Shown: positions 50,672-60,322, counted from the stretch's first letter. The stretch: 64,000 bases of DNA from an uncultured Roseomonas sp. (GCA_964243365.1 CAXTEL010000008.1:7123-71122); one strand, 5' to 3'. The notes: generated by a model not told the origin, from the sequence alone. Numbers and translations are program-made.

Positions 50672-52206
50672 GGCGGCGGCGGCGGCGGCGGCGGCGGCAG
50701 CGGGCACAGCGGCACGAAGGCCCCCCGTCGCACGAGGTCCCCCACGGCGGCGATGTCGGGCGACATCTGCCGGTCGCGGTCCCAGAACGCCGCCGCGCCG
50801 CGCACCAGGGCGTGCGCGCGCTCCAGGGCTTCCGAGGAGCGCAACGGCCGGTGGAACTCCACCGCCTGGGCGGCGCACAGCAGCTCCACCGCGATGATGT
50901 CGGACAGGTTGCGCAGCATCGGCCCCAGCCGCAGCGCCGCGCCGGTGGCCATGCTGACGTGGTCCTCCTGGTTGGCGGAGGTGGGCAGGCTGTCCACCGA
51001 GCGCGGCGCGGCCAGCGCCCGGTTCTCGGCGACCAGCGCGGCGGCCGTGACCTGGGCGATCATGAAGCCGGAGGTCAACCCGCCCTCGCGCACCAGGAAA
51101 GCCGGCAGCCCGCTCAGCACCGGGTCCACCAGCAGGGCGATCCGCCGCTCGGCAAGGGCGCCGACCTCGGCTACCGCCAGGGCGAGGTGGTCGGCCGCCA
51201 GCGCCACCGGCTCGGCGTGGAAGTTGCCGCCCGAGAGCACCTCGCCGTCGGCCGGTACCAGCGGGTTGTCGGTCACCGCGTTGGCCTCGCGCCCCAGCAC
51301 GGCCGCCGCGTGCTCCCAGGCGTCGAGGCAGGCGCCCATCACCGGCGGCTGGCAGCGCAGCGAGTAGGGGTCCTGCACCCGGGCGTCGCCGGCGCGGTGG
51401 CTTTCGCGCAGCGCGCTGCCGCTCATCAGCGCCCGCAGCGCGCTCGCGCAGCGGACCTGGCCGGGCTGGCCGCGCAGGGCGTGGATGCGCGGGTCGAACG
51501 GCGTGTCGGAGCCGCGCGCGCCTTCCGTGCTCAGCGCCCCGGACACCAGCGCGGTGCGAAGCAGGTCGGACGCCGCGAACAGCGCGTCGAGCGCGATCGC
51601 GGTGGAAACCTGCGTGCCGTTGAGCAGCGCCAGCCCTTCCTTGGGCCCGGGCGCGAGCGATGCCAGCCCCAGCCCGCGCAGCGCCTCGGCCCCGGGGACG
51701 GCGGCGCCGTCGCGCCTCGCCTCGCCCTCGCCGATCAGCACCAGCGACAGGTGCGCCAGCGGCGCCAGGTCCCCGGACGCGCCCACCGAGCCGCGCGACG
51801 GGATCACCGGCCGCACGTCCGCCTCCAGCAGCCGCAGCAGCATCTCCACCGTCTCGGGCCGCACGGCGGAAGCGCCGCGGGCCAGCGACAGCGCCTTGAG
51901 CGCCAGCACCAGCCGCACGACGGGAGCGGGCAGCGGCTCGCCCACCCCGGCGGCGTGCGAGCGGATCAGGTTCAGTTGCAGCCCGGCGAGGTCTGCGCGC
52001 TCGATGCGGCTGGAGGCCAGCTTCCCGAAGCCGGTGTTGACCCCGTACATCGTTTCGCCGGCCTCGATCCGCCGCGTCAGCGCGTCCAGCGAGGCCAGCA
52101 CCGGGGCGCGCCACCCGTCGGGCAGCGCCAGGGCCGCGCCGTCCATCACCGCTCGCAGCTCGGCGAACGTCGCCGCGCCGGGGGTGATCCGTACCGCGCC
52201 GCTCAT
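50668..52206 (-). CDS. hutH: Histidine ammonia-lyase
   Basis: [22 protein letters not shown] (MIO-forming ASG) and NQEDHVSM. Unusual C-terminus [12 protein letters not shown]. Confidence 0.95.
   Translation of the reverse strand: MSGAVRITPGAATFAELRAVMDGAALALPDGWRAPVLASLDALTRRIEAGETMYGVNTGFGKLASSRIERADLAGLQLNLIRSHAAGVGEPLPAPVVRLVLALKALSLARGASAVRPETVEMLLRLLEADVRPVIPSRGSVGASGDLAPLAHLSLVLIGEGEARRDGAAVPGAEALRGLGLASLAPGPKEGLALLNGTQVSTAIALDALFAASDLLRTALVSGALSTEGARGSDTPFDPRIHALRGQPGQVRCASALRALMSGSALRESHRAGDARVQDPYSLRCQPPVMGACLDAWEHAAAVLGREANAVTDNPLVPADGEVLSGGNFHAEPVALAADHLALAVAEVGALAERRIALLVDPVLSGLPAFLVREGGLTSGFMIAQVTAAALVAENRALAAPRSVDSLPTSANQEDHVSMATGAALRLGPMLRNLSDIIAVELLCAAQAVEFHRPLRSSEALERAHALVRGAAAFWDRDRQMSPDIAAVGDLVRRGAFVPLCPLPPPPPPPPP
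50671..50697. repeat. Perfect trinucleotide repeat (CGG)9 on the plus strand = (CCG)9 in hutH
   Basis: Read directly. It encodes the nine terminal prolines of HutH and directly abuts the hutH stop / hutI start. Confidence 0.95.
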
Positions 52207-53885
52207 CCGCCGAGCATCGGCAGTTCCAGTCCCTGCTCCCTCGCACAATCCACCGCGATCCCGTAGCCGGCATCGGCGTGCCGCATCACCCCCGTCGCCG
52301 GGTCGTTCCACAGCACCCGCGCCAGCCGCCGCGCCGCGTCCGCCGTGCCGTCCGCCACGATCACCATCCCCGCGTGCTGCGAGTAGCCCATGCCCACCCC
52401 GCCGCCGTGGTGTAGCGACACCCAGGTGGCCCCCGAGGCGGTGTTGAGCAGCGCGTTGAGCAGCGGCCAGTCGCTCACGGCGTCCGAGCCGTCCAGCATC
52501 GACTCGGTTTCGCGGTTGGGGCTGGCCACCGAGCCGCTGTCGAGGTGGTCGCGCCCGATCACGATCGGCGCCGACACCTCGCCCCGCGCCACCATCTCGT
52601 TGAAGGCCAGCCCCAGCCGGTGCCGCTGCCCCAGACCCACCCAGCAGATGCGCGCCGGCAGCCCCTGGAACGCGATCCGCGTCCCGGCCATGTCGAGCCA
52701 GCGGTGCAGGTGCGGGTCGTCGGGGATCAGCTCGCGCACGCGCGCGTCGGTGCGGCGGATGTCCTCCGGGTCGCCGCTCAGCGCCACCCAGCGGAACGGC
52801 CCGACGCCGCGGCAGAACAGCGGCCGGATGTAGGCCGGCACGAAGCCCGGAAAACCGAACGCGTCCGCCAGCCCCTCGTCCTTCGCCATCTGGCGTATGT
52901 TGTTTCCGTAATCCATCACCACCGCGCCCATGCGGCGGAAGTCCAGCATCGCCCGCACGTGCGCCACCATGGACCGCTTGGCCGCCGCCGCCACGGCGCG
53001 CGGATCGCTCTCGCGCCGCGCGTCCCATTCCCCCAGCGTCCAACCGGCGGGCAGGTAGCCGTTGCTCGGGTCGTGCGCGCTGGTCTGGTCGGTGACGATG
53101 TCGGGCACCACGCCGCGCCGCGCCAGCTCGGGAAACACTTCCGCCGCGTTGCCCAGCAGCCCGAGGCTCACCGCGCGCCGCTCGTCGGTGGCGCGGTGGA
53201 TGATCGCCAGCGCGGCGTCGAGGTCGTCCGCCCGCTCGTCGAGGTAGCCCGTCCCCAGCCGCTTCTCGATGCTCGACGGCCGGCACTCCACCGCCAGCAC
53301 GCTCGCCCCCGCGAACACGCCGGCCAGCGGCTGCGCCCCCCCCATGCCGCCCAGGCCCGCGGTGAGGATCCAGCGCCCGCTCAGATCGCCGCCGAAGTGC
53401 CGCCGCCCGGCCTCGGCGAAGGTCTCGTAGGTGCCCTGCACGATCCCCTGGCTGCCGATGTAGATCCATGAACCGGCGGTCATCTGCCCGTACATCATCA
53501 AGCCCCGACGATCGAGCTCGGAGAAGTGCTCCCAGTTCGCCCAGGCCGGCACCAGGTTGGAGTTGGCGATCAGCACGCGCGGCGCGTCGGCGTGCGTCTC
53601 GAACACGCCCACCGGCTTGCCCGACTGCACGAGCAGCGTCTGGTCCTCGCGCAGGCGGCGCAGCGTCGCGCAGATGCGGTCGAAGCAGTCCCAGTCTCGC
53701 GCTGCGCGGCCGATGCCGCCGTACACCACCAATTCTTCGGGCTTCTCCGCCACCTCGGCGTCGAGGTTGTTCATCAGCATCCGCAGCGCCGCCTCGGTGG
53801 TCCAGTGCCGGGCGGAGAGCACCGGGCCGCGCGGCGCCCGGATCGCCGGTGCGTTGCGGAAGCGGGACGTCGGGGCGTCGGTCAT
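52203..53885 (-). CDS. hutU: Urocanate hydratase
   Basis: ATG 53885. [37 protein letters not shown] and [16 protein letters not shown] overlap with hutH. Confidence 0.95.
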   Translation of the reverse strand: MTDAPTSRFRNAPAIRAPRGPVLSARHWTTEAALRMLMNNLDAEVAEKPEELVVYGGIGRAARDWDCFDRICATLRRLREDQTLLVQSGKPVGVFETHADAPRVLIANSNLVPAWANWEHFSELDRRGLMMYGQMTAGSWIYIGSQGIVQGTYETFAEAGRRHFGGDLSGRWILTAGLGGMGGAQPLAGVFAGASVLAVECRPSSIEKRLGTGYLDERADDLDAALAIIHRATDERRAVSLGLLGNAAEVFPELARRGVVPDIVTDQTSAHDPSNGYLPAGWTLGEWDARRESDPRAVAAAAKRSMVAHVRAMLDFRRMGAVVMDYGNNIRQMAKDEGLADAFGFPGFVPAYIRPLFCRGVGPFRWVALSGDPEDIRRTDARVRELIPDDPHLHRWLDMAGTRIAFQGLPARICWVGLGQRHRLGLAFNEMVARGEVSAPIVIGRDHLDSGSVASPNRETESMLDGSDAVSDWPLLNALLNTASGATWVSLHHGGGVGMGYSQHAGMVIVADGTADAARRLARVLWNDPATGVMRHADAGYGIAVDCAREQGLELPMLGG

Positions 53886-53983
53886 GTGGCAGCCTAGCGT
53901 CGCGCGGGGCGGGGCAGCCAGCGCCGGCTTGCCCCGCGCGGAGCTTCGCGCCATGCACGACGCGCGGGATTGAGGAGCGGCGC

Positions 53984-55384
53984 GTGCCCGAGACCGTGTT
54001 CCTGGCGCGCGACGCGCTCCTGCCCGGCGGCTGGGCGTCGGACGTCCGCATCGCCGCCGACGCCGCGGGTGACATCCTCGCCGTCGAGCCCGGTGCCGAC
54101 GCCTCCGCCGCCTTGCGCGACGGTGGCCGCGTCCTGCGCGGTGCCGTGATCCCCGGCGTGCCGAACCTGCATTCCCACGCCTTTCAGCGCGCCATGGCCG
54201 GGGGCGCCGAGCGCCGCTCCCCGCCGGGCGAGGAGCGTGACAGCTTCTGGACTTGGCGCGACACCATGTACCGCTTCGTCGGGCGCTTCTCGCCCCAGGA
54301 CGCCGAAGCCGTGGCGGCGATGCTTTACGCGGAGTGCCTCACCCACGGCTACACCGCGGTGGCCGAGTTCCACTACCTGCACCACGCCCCCGACGGCACC
54401 CCCTACGCTGCGCCCGCCGAGATGGCCCTGCGCCACCTCGCCGCCGCGCGCGCCACCGGCATCGGCATCACGCTCCTGCCCAGCTTATACCGCCACGGCG
54501 GCATCTTCGGCCGCGACCCGGCGCCGGGGCAGCGCCGTTTCCTGAACGACCTCGACGGCTTCGCGCGCATCCTCGACGGCTGCCGCGCCGCCACGGCCGG
54601 GGACGCGCAGGCGGCGGTCGGCGTGGCGCCGCATTCCCTGCGCGCCGTCACGCCGGAGATGCTGCGGGCCCTGTCGGAGCCCGGCGGCCTCGCGGCGGAC
54701 GGCCCGATCCACCTCCACGCGGCGGAGCAGGCGCGCGAGGTCGCGGAATGCCTCGCCGCCACCGGCGCCCGCCCATTGGAATGGCTGCTGGGCGAGATGC
54801 CGCTCGACGCCCGCTGGTGCCTGATCCACTGCACGCACGTCACCGCCGCCGAGGGCGCCGCCCTGGCCCGCACCGGCGCGGTCGCTGGCCTGTGCCCCTC
54901 CACCGAGGCCTCGCTCGGCGACGGCACCTTCCCGCTGCCGGGTTTCCGCGCCGCCGGCGGGCACTGGGGCGTCGGCTCCGACAGCCAGGTCGGCACCGCC
55001 CCGCGCGACGAACTGCGCCAACTCGAGACCAGTCAGCGCCTCGCGCTGGGCGAGCGCGCCGTGGCCACCGACGAGCGCTCGCCGCACCCGGGCCGGGCCA
55101 TGCTCGACGCCGCGTTGCGCGGCGGGGCGCGCGCTTCCGGCCGTCTGCTGGGCGCCATCGCGCCGGGCATGCGCCTCGACCTCGTGGAGCTGGACCCCGG
55201 GCACCCCGCGCTGTTCGGGCGGAAAGGGGACGCGCTGCTCGACGCCTGGGTGTTCTCGGGCCAGGGCAACCCGGTGCGCACCGTGGTGGCGGGAGGACGC
55301 GCAGTGGTGGAGGGCGGGCGGCACGTCGCGGCCCGGACGGTCGAGGCAAGATTTCGTGCTGCGATGCGCCGACTATTAAGCTAA
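53984..55384 (+). CDS. hutF: Formimidoylglutamate deiminase
   Basis: SD GAGGAG, then GTG 53984. [26 protein letters not shown] and IHLHAAEQ. The last 10 or so codons lie in lower-GC sequence. Confidence 0.85.
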   Translation: MPETVFLARDALLPGGWASDVRIAADAAGDILAVEPGADASAALRDGGRVLRGAVIPGVPNLHSHAFQRAMAGGAERRSPPGEERDSFWTWRDTMYRFVGRFSPQDAEAVAAMLYAECLTHGYTAVAEFHYLHHAPDGTPYAAPAEMALRHLAAARATGIGITLLPSLYRHGGIFGRDPAPGQRRFLNDLDGFARILDGCRAATAGDAQAAVGVAPHSLRAVTPEMLRALSEPGGLAADGPIHLHAAEQAREVAECLAATGARPLEWLLGEMPLDARWCLIHCTHVTAAEGAALARTGAVAGLCPSTEASLGDGTFPLPGFRAAGGHWGVGSDSQVGTAPRDELRQLETSQRLALGERAVATDERSPHPGRAMLDAALRGGARASGRLLGAIAPGMRLDLVELDPGHPALFGRKGDALLDAWVFSGQGNPVRTVVAGGRAVVEGGRHVAARTVEARFRAAMRRLLS

Positions 55385-55494
55385 GTGGCTTAGAAAAATA
55401 ATTATTTTGTGTAAGTGGAGACGAATAGATTTGTTTAACGCAATTCCGAACAATGCTACTTTTAGTCTACGTTTTCGTGTCAACTGCTCAACCA

Positions 55495-55731
55495 CTAACT
55501 TACATATTTGAACACGAGAACGATCCCAAAAACGACAGCTGCACCAATTCCATAAATAAACACCATGGCCAACGTGCGTGAGCGAAAGTCTCGGCTCTCG
55601 TCTCGTAAGGACGGCTTTGGTATAGTCGAAATAAATTTTTGAAATGCTATAGAGTCTTCTGATTCGATCTTTGCTTCGTCAGTATACCCGAGCTTTAAAA
55701 AGCCCATCATTCCAGAGAGTGATTTGCCCAT
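55495..55731 (-). CDS. Small tail-anchored membrane protein ORF (78 aa), or the 3' part of a frameshifted 122-aa gene
   Basis: C-terminal TM helix LAMVFIYGIGAAVVFGIVLVF. No SD of its own. Overlaps the upstream ORF by 53 nt in the +1 frame. Confidence 0.4.
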   Translation of the reverse strand: MGKSLSGMMGFLKLGYTDEAKIESEDSIAFQKFISTIPKPSLRDESRDFRSRTLAMVFIYGIGAAVVFGIVLVFKYVS

Positions 55732-55864
55732 ACATTACATTTTCTGAACAGGTTTTTAGTTCGATAATTATCTGGCCTGACGTACGTAACTCGTGTTTCC
55801 GATGCAATGTGTAGCCAGCCATGAGAAGATCGTATAATCTTCCCGCAACAACGTTCTGCTTCAT
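55679..55864 (-). CDS. Small ORF (61 aa from ATG 55864), or the 5' part of the same frameshifted gene
   Basis: AGGTGA 9 nt upstream of the ATG (the track starts at GTG 55870). Deleting one base of the A5 run at 55697-55701 fuses it in frame to 55495-55731. Confidence 0.4.
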   Translation of the reverse strand: MKQNVVAGRLYDLLMAGYTLHRKHELRTSGQIIIELKTCSENVMYGQITLWNDGLFKARVY

Positions 55865-55971
55865 GTCCACACATTCACCTATCAGATCTTGGTGTCGTTT
55901 GCGATGCGCTGCTCAGTTACATTCGGCATACTTTCGATTGCTCAACCTCGAAGCCTCTCCGCATTACCACG

Positions 55972-56880
55972 CTATGCGCCTACCACTGTTCCTGCCGGCA
56001 ACCCCGCCGCGTGATCCAGCACCGCCCCCGCCGTGCACACCCACACCTCCCCGCGCTTGCCCGCCACGTGCGCCAGCGCCCGCCGCAGCGCCCGCATCCG
56101 GTACGGCTGACCGACGACGTAGGGGTGCAGCGCGATCCCCATCACCTGCGCCCGCCCGTCGCGGCACTGCCGCAGCCGTTCCTCGAAATCCTCCACGATC
56201 ATCTCGGCGAATTGCGCCGCCCCATCCTTGCGCGCCACGATCGCGGGGATGTCGTTGACTTCCTGCGGATACGGGATCGCCAGGATCGGCCCGGACCGGG
56301 TGCGGTGCCACACCGGTTGGTCGTCCGAGCACCAGTTCAGCGTGTACCGGTACCCCACCTCGGCCAGCAGGTCGGGCGTCACTCGGCTCTCGCTGATCCA
56401 CGGCGACAGCCAGCCGCGCGGCGCCGCCCCCTCGTGCCGCGCGATCGCCGCCGTGGCCTCGGCGATCAGCGCCCGCTCCGCTCCCTCCGCCATCGCCCCC
56501 TGCCGCTCGCTGTTGGTGCGCCCGTGCCCGGCGATCTCGTCGCCCCGCGCCCGGTGCGCCGCCACCAGCGACGGCGCGTGGTCGTACATCGCGCCGTTCA
56601 GCAGCACGGTGCAGGGCAGCGACAGCTCGTCGAGCAGCTCGATCAGCCGCCACGCCCCCACCCGGTTGCCGTAGTCCCGCCAGCCGTGGTTCAGCACGTC
56701 CGGCTGCGGCCCCGCCCCGCTGGCCGCCCCCGGCGCCAGCTCCGCCCCGAGCCCTTCCCCGAAGGCGAAGTGCTCCAGGTTCACCCCGAGGTACACCGCC
56801 AGCCGCGCGCCGCCCGGCCACGCCCAGCGCGGCCGCTCGTTCCAGGGGTGGTAGTCGTGGCGGTGGTGGTGCGGCAGCAT
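55972..56880 (-). CDS. Polysaccharide deacetylase-fold (CE4 / PuuE-like) amidohydrolase
   Basis: WPGGARLAVYLGVNLEHF, NHGWRDYGNRVGAWRL, GHGRTN and HPYVVGQPYR resemble PuuE/urate-catabolism-type deacetylase family proteins. Confidence 0.7.
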   Translation of the reverse strand: MLPHHHRHDYHPWNERPRWAWPGGARLAVYLGVNLEHFAFGEGLGAELAPGAASGAGPQPDVLNHGWRDYGNRVGAWRLIELLDELSLPCTVLLNGAMYDHAPSLVAAHRARGDEIAGHGRTNSERQGAMAEGAERALIAEATAAIARHEGAAPRGWLSPWISESRVTPDLLAEVGYRYTLNWCSDDQPVWHRTRSGPILAIPYPQEVNDIPAIVARKDGAAQFAEMIVEDFEERLRQCRDGRAQVMGIALHPYVVGQPYRMRALRRALAHVAGKRGEVWVCTAGAVLDHAAGLPAGTVVGA

Positions 56881-56957
56881 GATCGTCGCTCCTGGCGCGC
56901 GCGGGCGGCATGGATGGGCGGACTGGACGCGCCCGCGAACTGGGCTAGTTAGGATAC

Positions 56958-58652
56958 ATGTCGCACAGCACGGCCGACGAGGCCGACCAGAAGGCCGGCC
57001 GCGCGCTGCTCGCCCGCACCGCCCGCGAGCACCGCGGCGGCCTGCTCCGCCCCGTCGCGCTCGGCCTCGCCGCCGCCGCTTGCGGCATCGCGCAGGCCTG
57101 GCTGGTCGCCCGCCTGCTCGCCGCCCTGCTGGGCTTGGCCGACGCCGGCTGGCCCGACCTCGCCGCCGCGGCGGCGCTGGCGCTCCTCCAGGTCGGCCTC
57201 GCGGTCGCAGCCGAGCGCGTCCAGCAGGCCGCCGGTGTCGCCGCCCGCGCCCGGCTGCGACGGCGCGTGCTGGCGCGCCTGCTCGAACTCGGCCCCGCCG
57301 ATGAGCGCCCCGCCGGTGAGCGCGCCACCCTGGTGGTGGACCGCGTCGAGGCGCTGGACGGCTACTTCTCGCGCTGGCTGCCCGCCGCGCGCCTCGCCGT
57401 GCTCTCCCCCCTCGCGGTGGCGCTGGCCGCAGGCGTCGCCGATCCGGTGGGCGGTCTCATCCTCCTCGCCGGCGGCATCCTGGTTCCCGTCGGCATGGCC
57501 CTGTCCGGCATCGGCGCCGCGGTCAGCAGCCGCCGGCAGTTCGACGCCCTCCAGCGCCTTTCCGGCCGCTTCCTCGACCGCGTGCGCGGCCTGCCCACCC
57601 TGGTCCTCTTCGGCCGCGGCGAGGATGAGGCGCGCGCGCTGGGCGTCGCGGCGAACGAGCTGCGCGTGCGCACCATGCGGGTGCTGCGGGTCGCCTTCCT
57701 GTCCTCGGTGTCGCTGGAGCTGATCGCCGCTTCCATCCTGGGCTGCCTCGCTTGGCGCCACGCCGCGTTGCTGGGCGGCGGCCACCCGGCGCCGGTCTCG
57801 GCCCTGTTCGCCATCCTGCTGGTGCCGGCCTTCTTCGCCCCGCTGCGCGCCTTCTCCGCCGCCTACCACGAGCAGATGTCGGCCCGCGGCGCGGCGGCCG
57901 CGCTCGCACCGCTGCTCGACGCCCCGCCGCCTGCCGGCCTCCTGCTGGAGGAGGTGCCTCCCACCGTGGTGGTCACCTTCGACGACGTTTCGCTGCGCTA
58001 CGACCCCGCCCGTCCGCCGGCGCTGGACCGCGTCTCCTTCCGCGTGCTGCCGGGCGAGGCGCTGGTGCTGGCCGGCCCGTCGGGCTCGGGCAAGTCCTCG
58101 GTGCTGCGCCTGCTGATGGGTTTTCGGGGCCCCGACGGCGGCCGCATCGCCCTCAACGGCCGCGACGCCACCGCGCTGCGCCCCGACGCGCTTCGCCAAC
58201 TCTCCGCCTACGTGCCGCAATCGCCGCACCTGTTCCGCGACACGATCCGCGAGAACATCCGCCTCGCCCGCCCGGACGCCGACGACGAGGCGGTGGACGC
58301 TGCCGCCCGCGACGCCCGGGTGGCCGACTTCGCCGCCGCGCTGCCCCTGGGCTTGGACACCGTGGTGGGGGAGGGCGGCTGGGGTCTGTCGGGGGGCCAA
58401 GCGCAGCGCGTGGCGCTCGCCCGCGCCTTCCTGCGCGACCGCCCCCTGGTGCTGCTCGACGAGCCCACCGCTCACCTCGACCCCGGCACCGAGGCCGAGG
58501 TGCTCGACGGTTTGCGCCGCCTGTGCGCCGGCCGCACCGCGATCATCGCCAGCCATTCGCCCCAGGTGCGCGCCCGCTTCGGCCGCACCCTGGTGCTGGC
58601 CAACGGCCGCGTCCCCGCCCGCCGCGACCGCGAGGCCGACCATGTGGCGTGA
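56958..58652 (+). CDS. cydD: Thiol reductant ABC exporter subunit CydD
   Basis: 564 aa. TM domain plus GPSGSGKSS, LSGGQAQR and LVLLDEPTAHLD. Paired with and overlapping cydC. Confidence 0.8.
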   Translation: MSHSTADEADQKAGRALLARTAREHRGGLLRPVALGLAAAACGIAQAWLVARLLAALLGLADAGWPDLAAAAALALLQVGLAVAAERVQQAAGVAARARLRRRVLARLLELGPADERPAGERATLVVDRVEALDGYFSRWLPAARLAVLSPLAVALAAGVADPVGGLILLAGGILVPVGMALSGIGAAVSSRRQFDALQRLSGRFLDRVRGLPTLVLFGRGEDEARALGVAANELRVRTMRVLRVAFLSSVSLELIAASILGCLAWRHAALLGGGHPAPVSALFAILLVPAFFAPLRAFSAAYHEQMSARGAAAALAPLLDAPPPAGLLLEEVPPTVVVTFDDVSLRYDPARPPALDRVSFRVLPGEALVLAGPSGSGKSSVLRLLMGFRGPDGGRIALNGRDATALRPDALRQLSAYVPQSPHLFRDTIRENIRLARPDADDEAVDAAARDARVADFAAALPLGLDTVVGEGGWGLSGGQAQRVALARAFLRDRPLVLLDEPTAHLDPGTEAEVLDGLRRLCAGRTAIIASHSPQVRARFGRTLVLANGRVPARRDREADHVA

Positions 58653-60309
58653 CCTCGGCCGCGTGCTGCTGCTCTGGCGCGGCCACGCCCCGCGCTTGGC
58701 GCTGGGGGCCCTGGTCGCCGCGGCGGCCGCGCTCGCGGGCGTGGCGCTGCTGGCGCTGGCCGGGCGCGGCGTGTCCGACGGCCTGCGCCACGCCGCGCCC
58801 GCCGCCGCGGCCGCCTCGCTCCTCTTCCTCCGCCCGCTGATCCTGGTCCGCCCGGCCCTGCGCTGGTGCGAGCGCATGAGCACCCATTCCGCCACCTTCC
58901 GGGCGCTCGCCGACACCCGCGTGTGGTTCTTCCGCCGCCTCGCCGACCGCCTGCCGGCCGGGATCGGCCTGCGCCGCGCCGGCGACCTGCTGGGCCGGCT
59001 GGTCTCTGACATCGAGGCGCTGGACGGATTCTACCTGCGCGCCCTGGTGCCGGTCGTCACCGCCACCGCCACGGTGCTGGCGGTGGCGGCCCTGCTCGGC
59101 GCCGCCTCGCCCGCGGTGGCCGCCATCGTGGCGCTGCCGCTGGCCCTCGCCCTGTTGCTGCCGCCGCTGCTCGCCCCCGTCGCGGCGCGCGACGCCGGCG
59201 CGGTGGCCGCCGCCCGTGGGCGCCTGCGCGCCCGGGCGGTGGAACCGCTGCTGGGGCTGGAGGACGTGCTCGCCGCCAACGCCGAGGCCCGGGCCGTCGA
59301 GCGCCTGTCCGCCGCCGGCGACGCCCAGGCGGCCGCCGAGCGCCGCCTGTCCCGCGCCGGCGCCCTGGGCGGCGCGGCCGGCAGCCTGCTCACCCAGGCG
59401 GCGCTGCTGGGTGCCCTGGCCTGGGGCCTCGCGGACGCCGCCTCGGGGGGCGTCGGCGCCGCCGCTCTGGTCGCGGTGCCGGCGCTGTTCCTGGCGCTGG
59501 CGGCGGCCGAGAGCCTGTCCGCCGTGCCCCGCGCCGGCGCCGCCCTGGCCGCGGCCGGCGCGAGCGCGCGCCGGATGCTGGAAGCCGCCGACGCACCGCT
59601 GCCGGTCGCCCCCCCGACCGCCCAGGCCGACCCGCCGCGCGGCGTCGCCCTGCGGCTGCGCGACGTGCACTTCCGCTGGTCCCCCGACCGGCCGCCGGTG
59701 CTCGACGGCCTGTCGCTCGACGTGCCCGAGGGCGGCCGCGTGGCCCTCCTCGGCCCGTCCGGCTCGGGCAAGTCCACCGTGGCGGCGCTGATCCTGCGCT
59801 TCGCCGCGCCGCAGGAAGGCCGCGTCACCCTGGGCGGCGTGGACATCTCCGCCCTGGAGCCCGCCGACGTCCGCGCCCGGGTCGCCTGCCTGACCCAGGA
59901 CGCCCGGCTGTTCGACGACACGGTGGCCGCCAACCTGCGCCTCGCCGCGCCGGATGCCCCCGACGAGGCGCTGTGGGAGGCGCTGGAGCGGGCCCGCATT
60001 GCCGACCTGGTGCGCGCCCTGCCGGGCGGGCTGGAGGCGCGCTGCGGCGAAGGCGGCGTGCGCTTCTCCGGCGGGCAGGGGCGCCGCCTGGCCCTGGCCC
60101 GGGCGCTGCTCTCGCCCGCGCCGGTGCTGATCCTCGACGAGCCCGCGGCCGGCCTGGACGCTGCCACCGAGCGCGCCTTCCTCGAAACGCTGGACGCGGC
60201 GACCGCCGGCCGCACGGTGCTGCTGATCGTGCACCGGCTGCTGGGCGTGGAGCGACCGACGCGCGTGCTGCGCCTGGCCGGCGGCCGGGCCTTCCCGGCG
60301 GCGGGGTGA
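58642..60309 (+). CDS. cydC: Thiol reductant ABC exporter subunit CydC
   Basis: 555 aa. 11-nt overlap with cydD. GPSGSGKST, FSGGQGRR and VLILDEPAAGLD. Confidence 0.8.
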   Translation: MWRDLGRVLLLWRGHAPRLALGALVAAAAALAGVALLALAGRGVSDGLRHAAPAAAAASLLFLRPLILVRPALRWCERMSTHSATFRALADTRVWFFRRLADRLPAGIGLRRAGDLLGRLVSDIEALDGFYLRALVPVVTATATVLAVAALLGAASPAVAAIVALPLALALLLPPLLAPVAARDAGAVAAARGRLRARAVEPLLGLEDVLAANAEARAVERLSAAGDAQAAAERRLSRAGALGGAAGSLLTQAALLGALAWGLADAASGGVGAAALVAVPALFLALAAAESLSAVPRAGAALAAAGASARRMLEAADAPLPVAPPTAQADPPRGVALRLRDVHFRWSPDRPPVLDGLSLDVPEGGRVALLGPSGSGKSTVAALILRFAAPQEGRVTLGGVDISALEPADVRARVACLTQDARLFDDTVAANLRLAAPDAPDEALWEALERARIADLVRALPGGLEARCGEGGVRFSGGQGRRLALARALLSPAPVLILDEPAAGLDAATERAFLETLDAATAGRTVLLIVHRLLGVERPTRVLRLAGGRAFPAAG

Positions 60310-60322
60310 GCGCCGCCGGCCC

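Larger units (their letters stand above)
55358..55971. other. Low-GC islet (probable foreign insertion) between hutF and a deacetylase gene
   Basis: Hand count 55381-55980: 256/600 = about 43% GC, versus 78% (55261-55320) and 72% (55981-56040). The 10-bp direct repeat TGCGATGCGC occurs at 55360-55369 and 55900-55909. Confidence 0.75.

Noticed and set aside
47796-50700. GGC/CCG-rich repeated DNA as a possible CRISPR or non-coding repeat array
   Set aside because: The repeats are in frame inside the CSD and hutH genes. They are irregular in unit length, and no spacer/repeat architecture or cas genes are present.
53886-53983. Search for a HutC operator (TGTA-N-TACA type) in the hutU/hutF divergent region
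   Set aside because: No such palindrome is visible in the 98-nt spacer, so no regulatory site can be supported.
49445-54075. Read-through track ORFs of 942 aa and 1135 aa covering hutI+hutH and hutH+hutU
   Set aside because: The upstream portions are out-of-frame translations of the neighbouring hut genes. Motif positions and NTGA overlaps define the separate hutI, hutH and hutU genes.
55690-55705. Programmed +1 ribosomal frameshift at CUU-UUU-AAA joining the two islet ORFs
   Set aside because: The geometry would work (CUU slipping to UUU), but there is no stop or rare codon in the A site and no stimulatory SD or structure. A simple indel in the homopolymer is the more economical explanation.
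56949-60234. 687-aa and 563-aa minus-strand ORFs antisense to cydD/cydC
   Set aside because: Arg/Gly-rich junk with no motifs. The sense strand has Walker A/B and ABC signature motifs.
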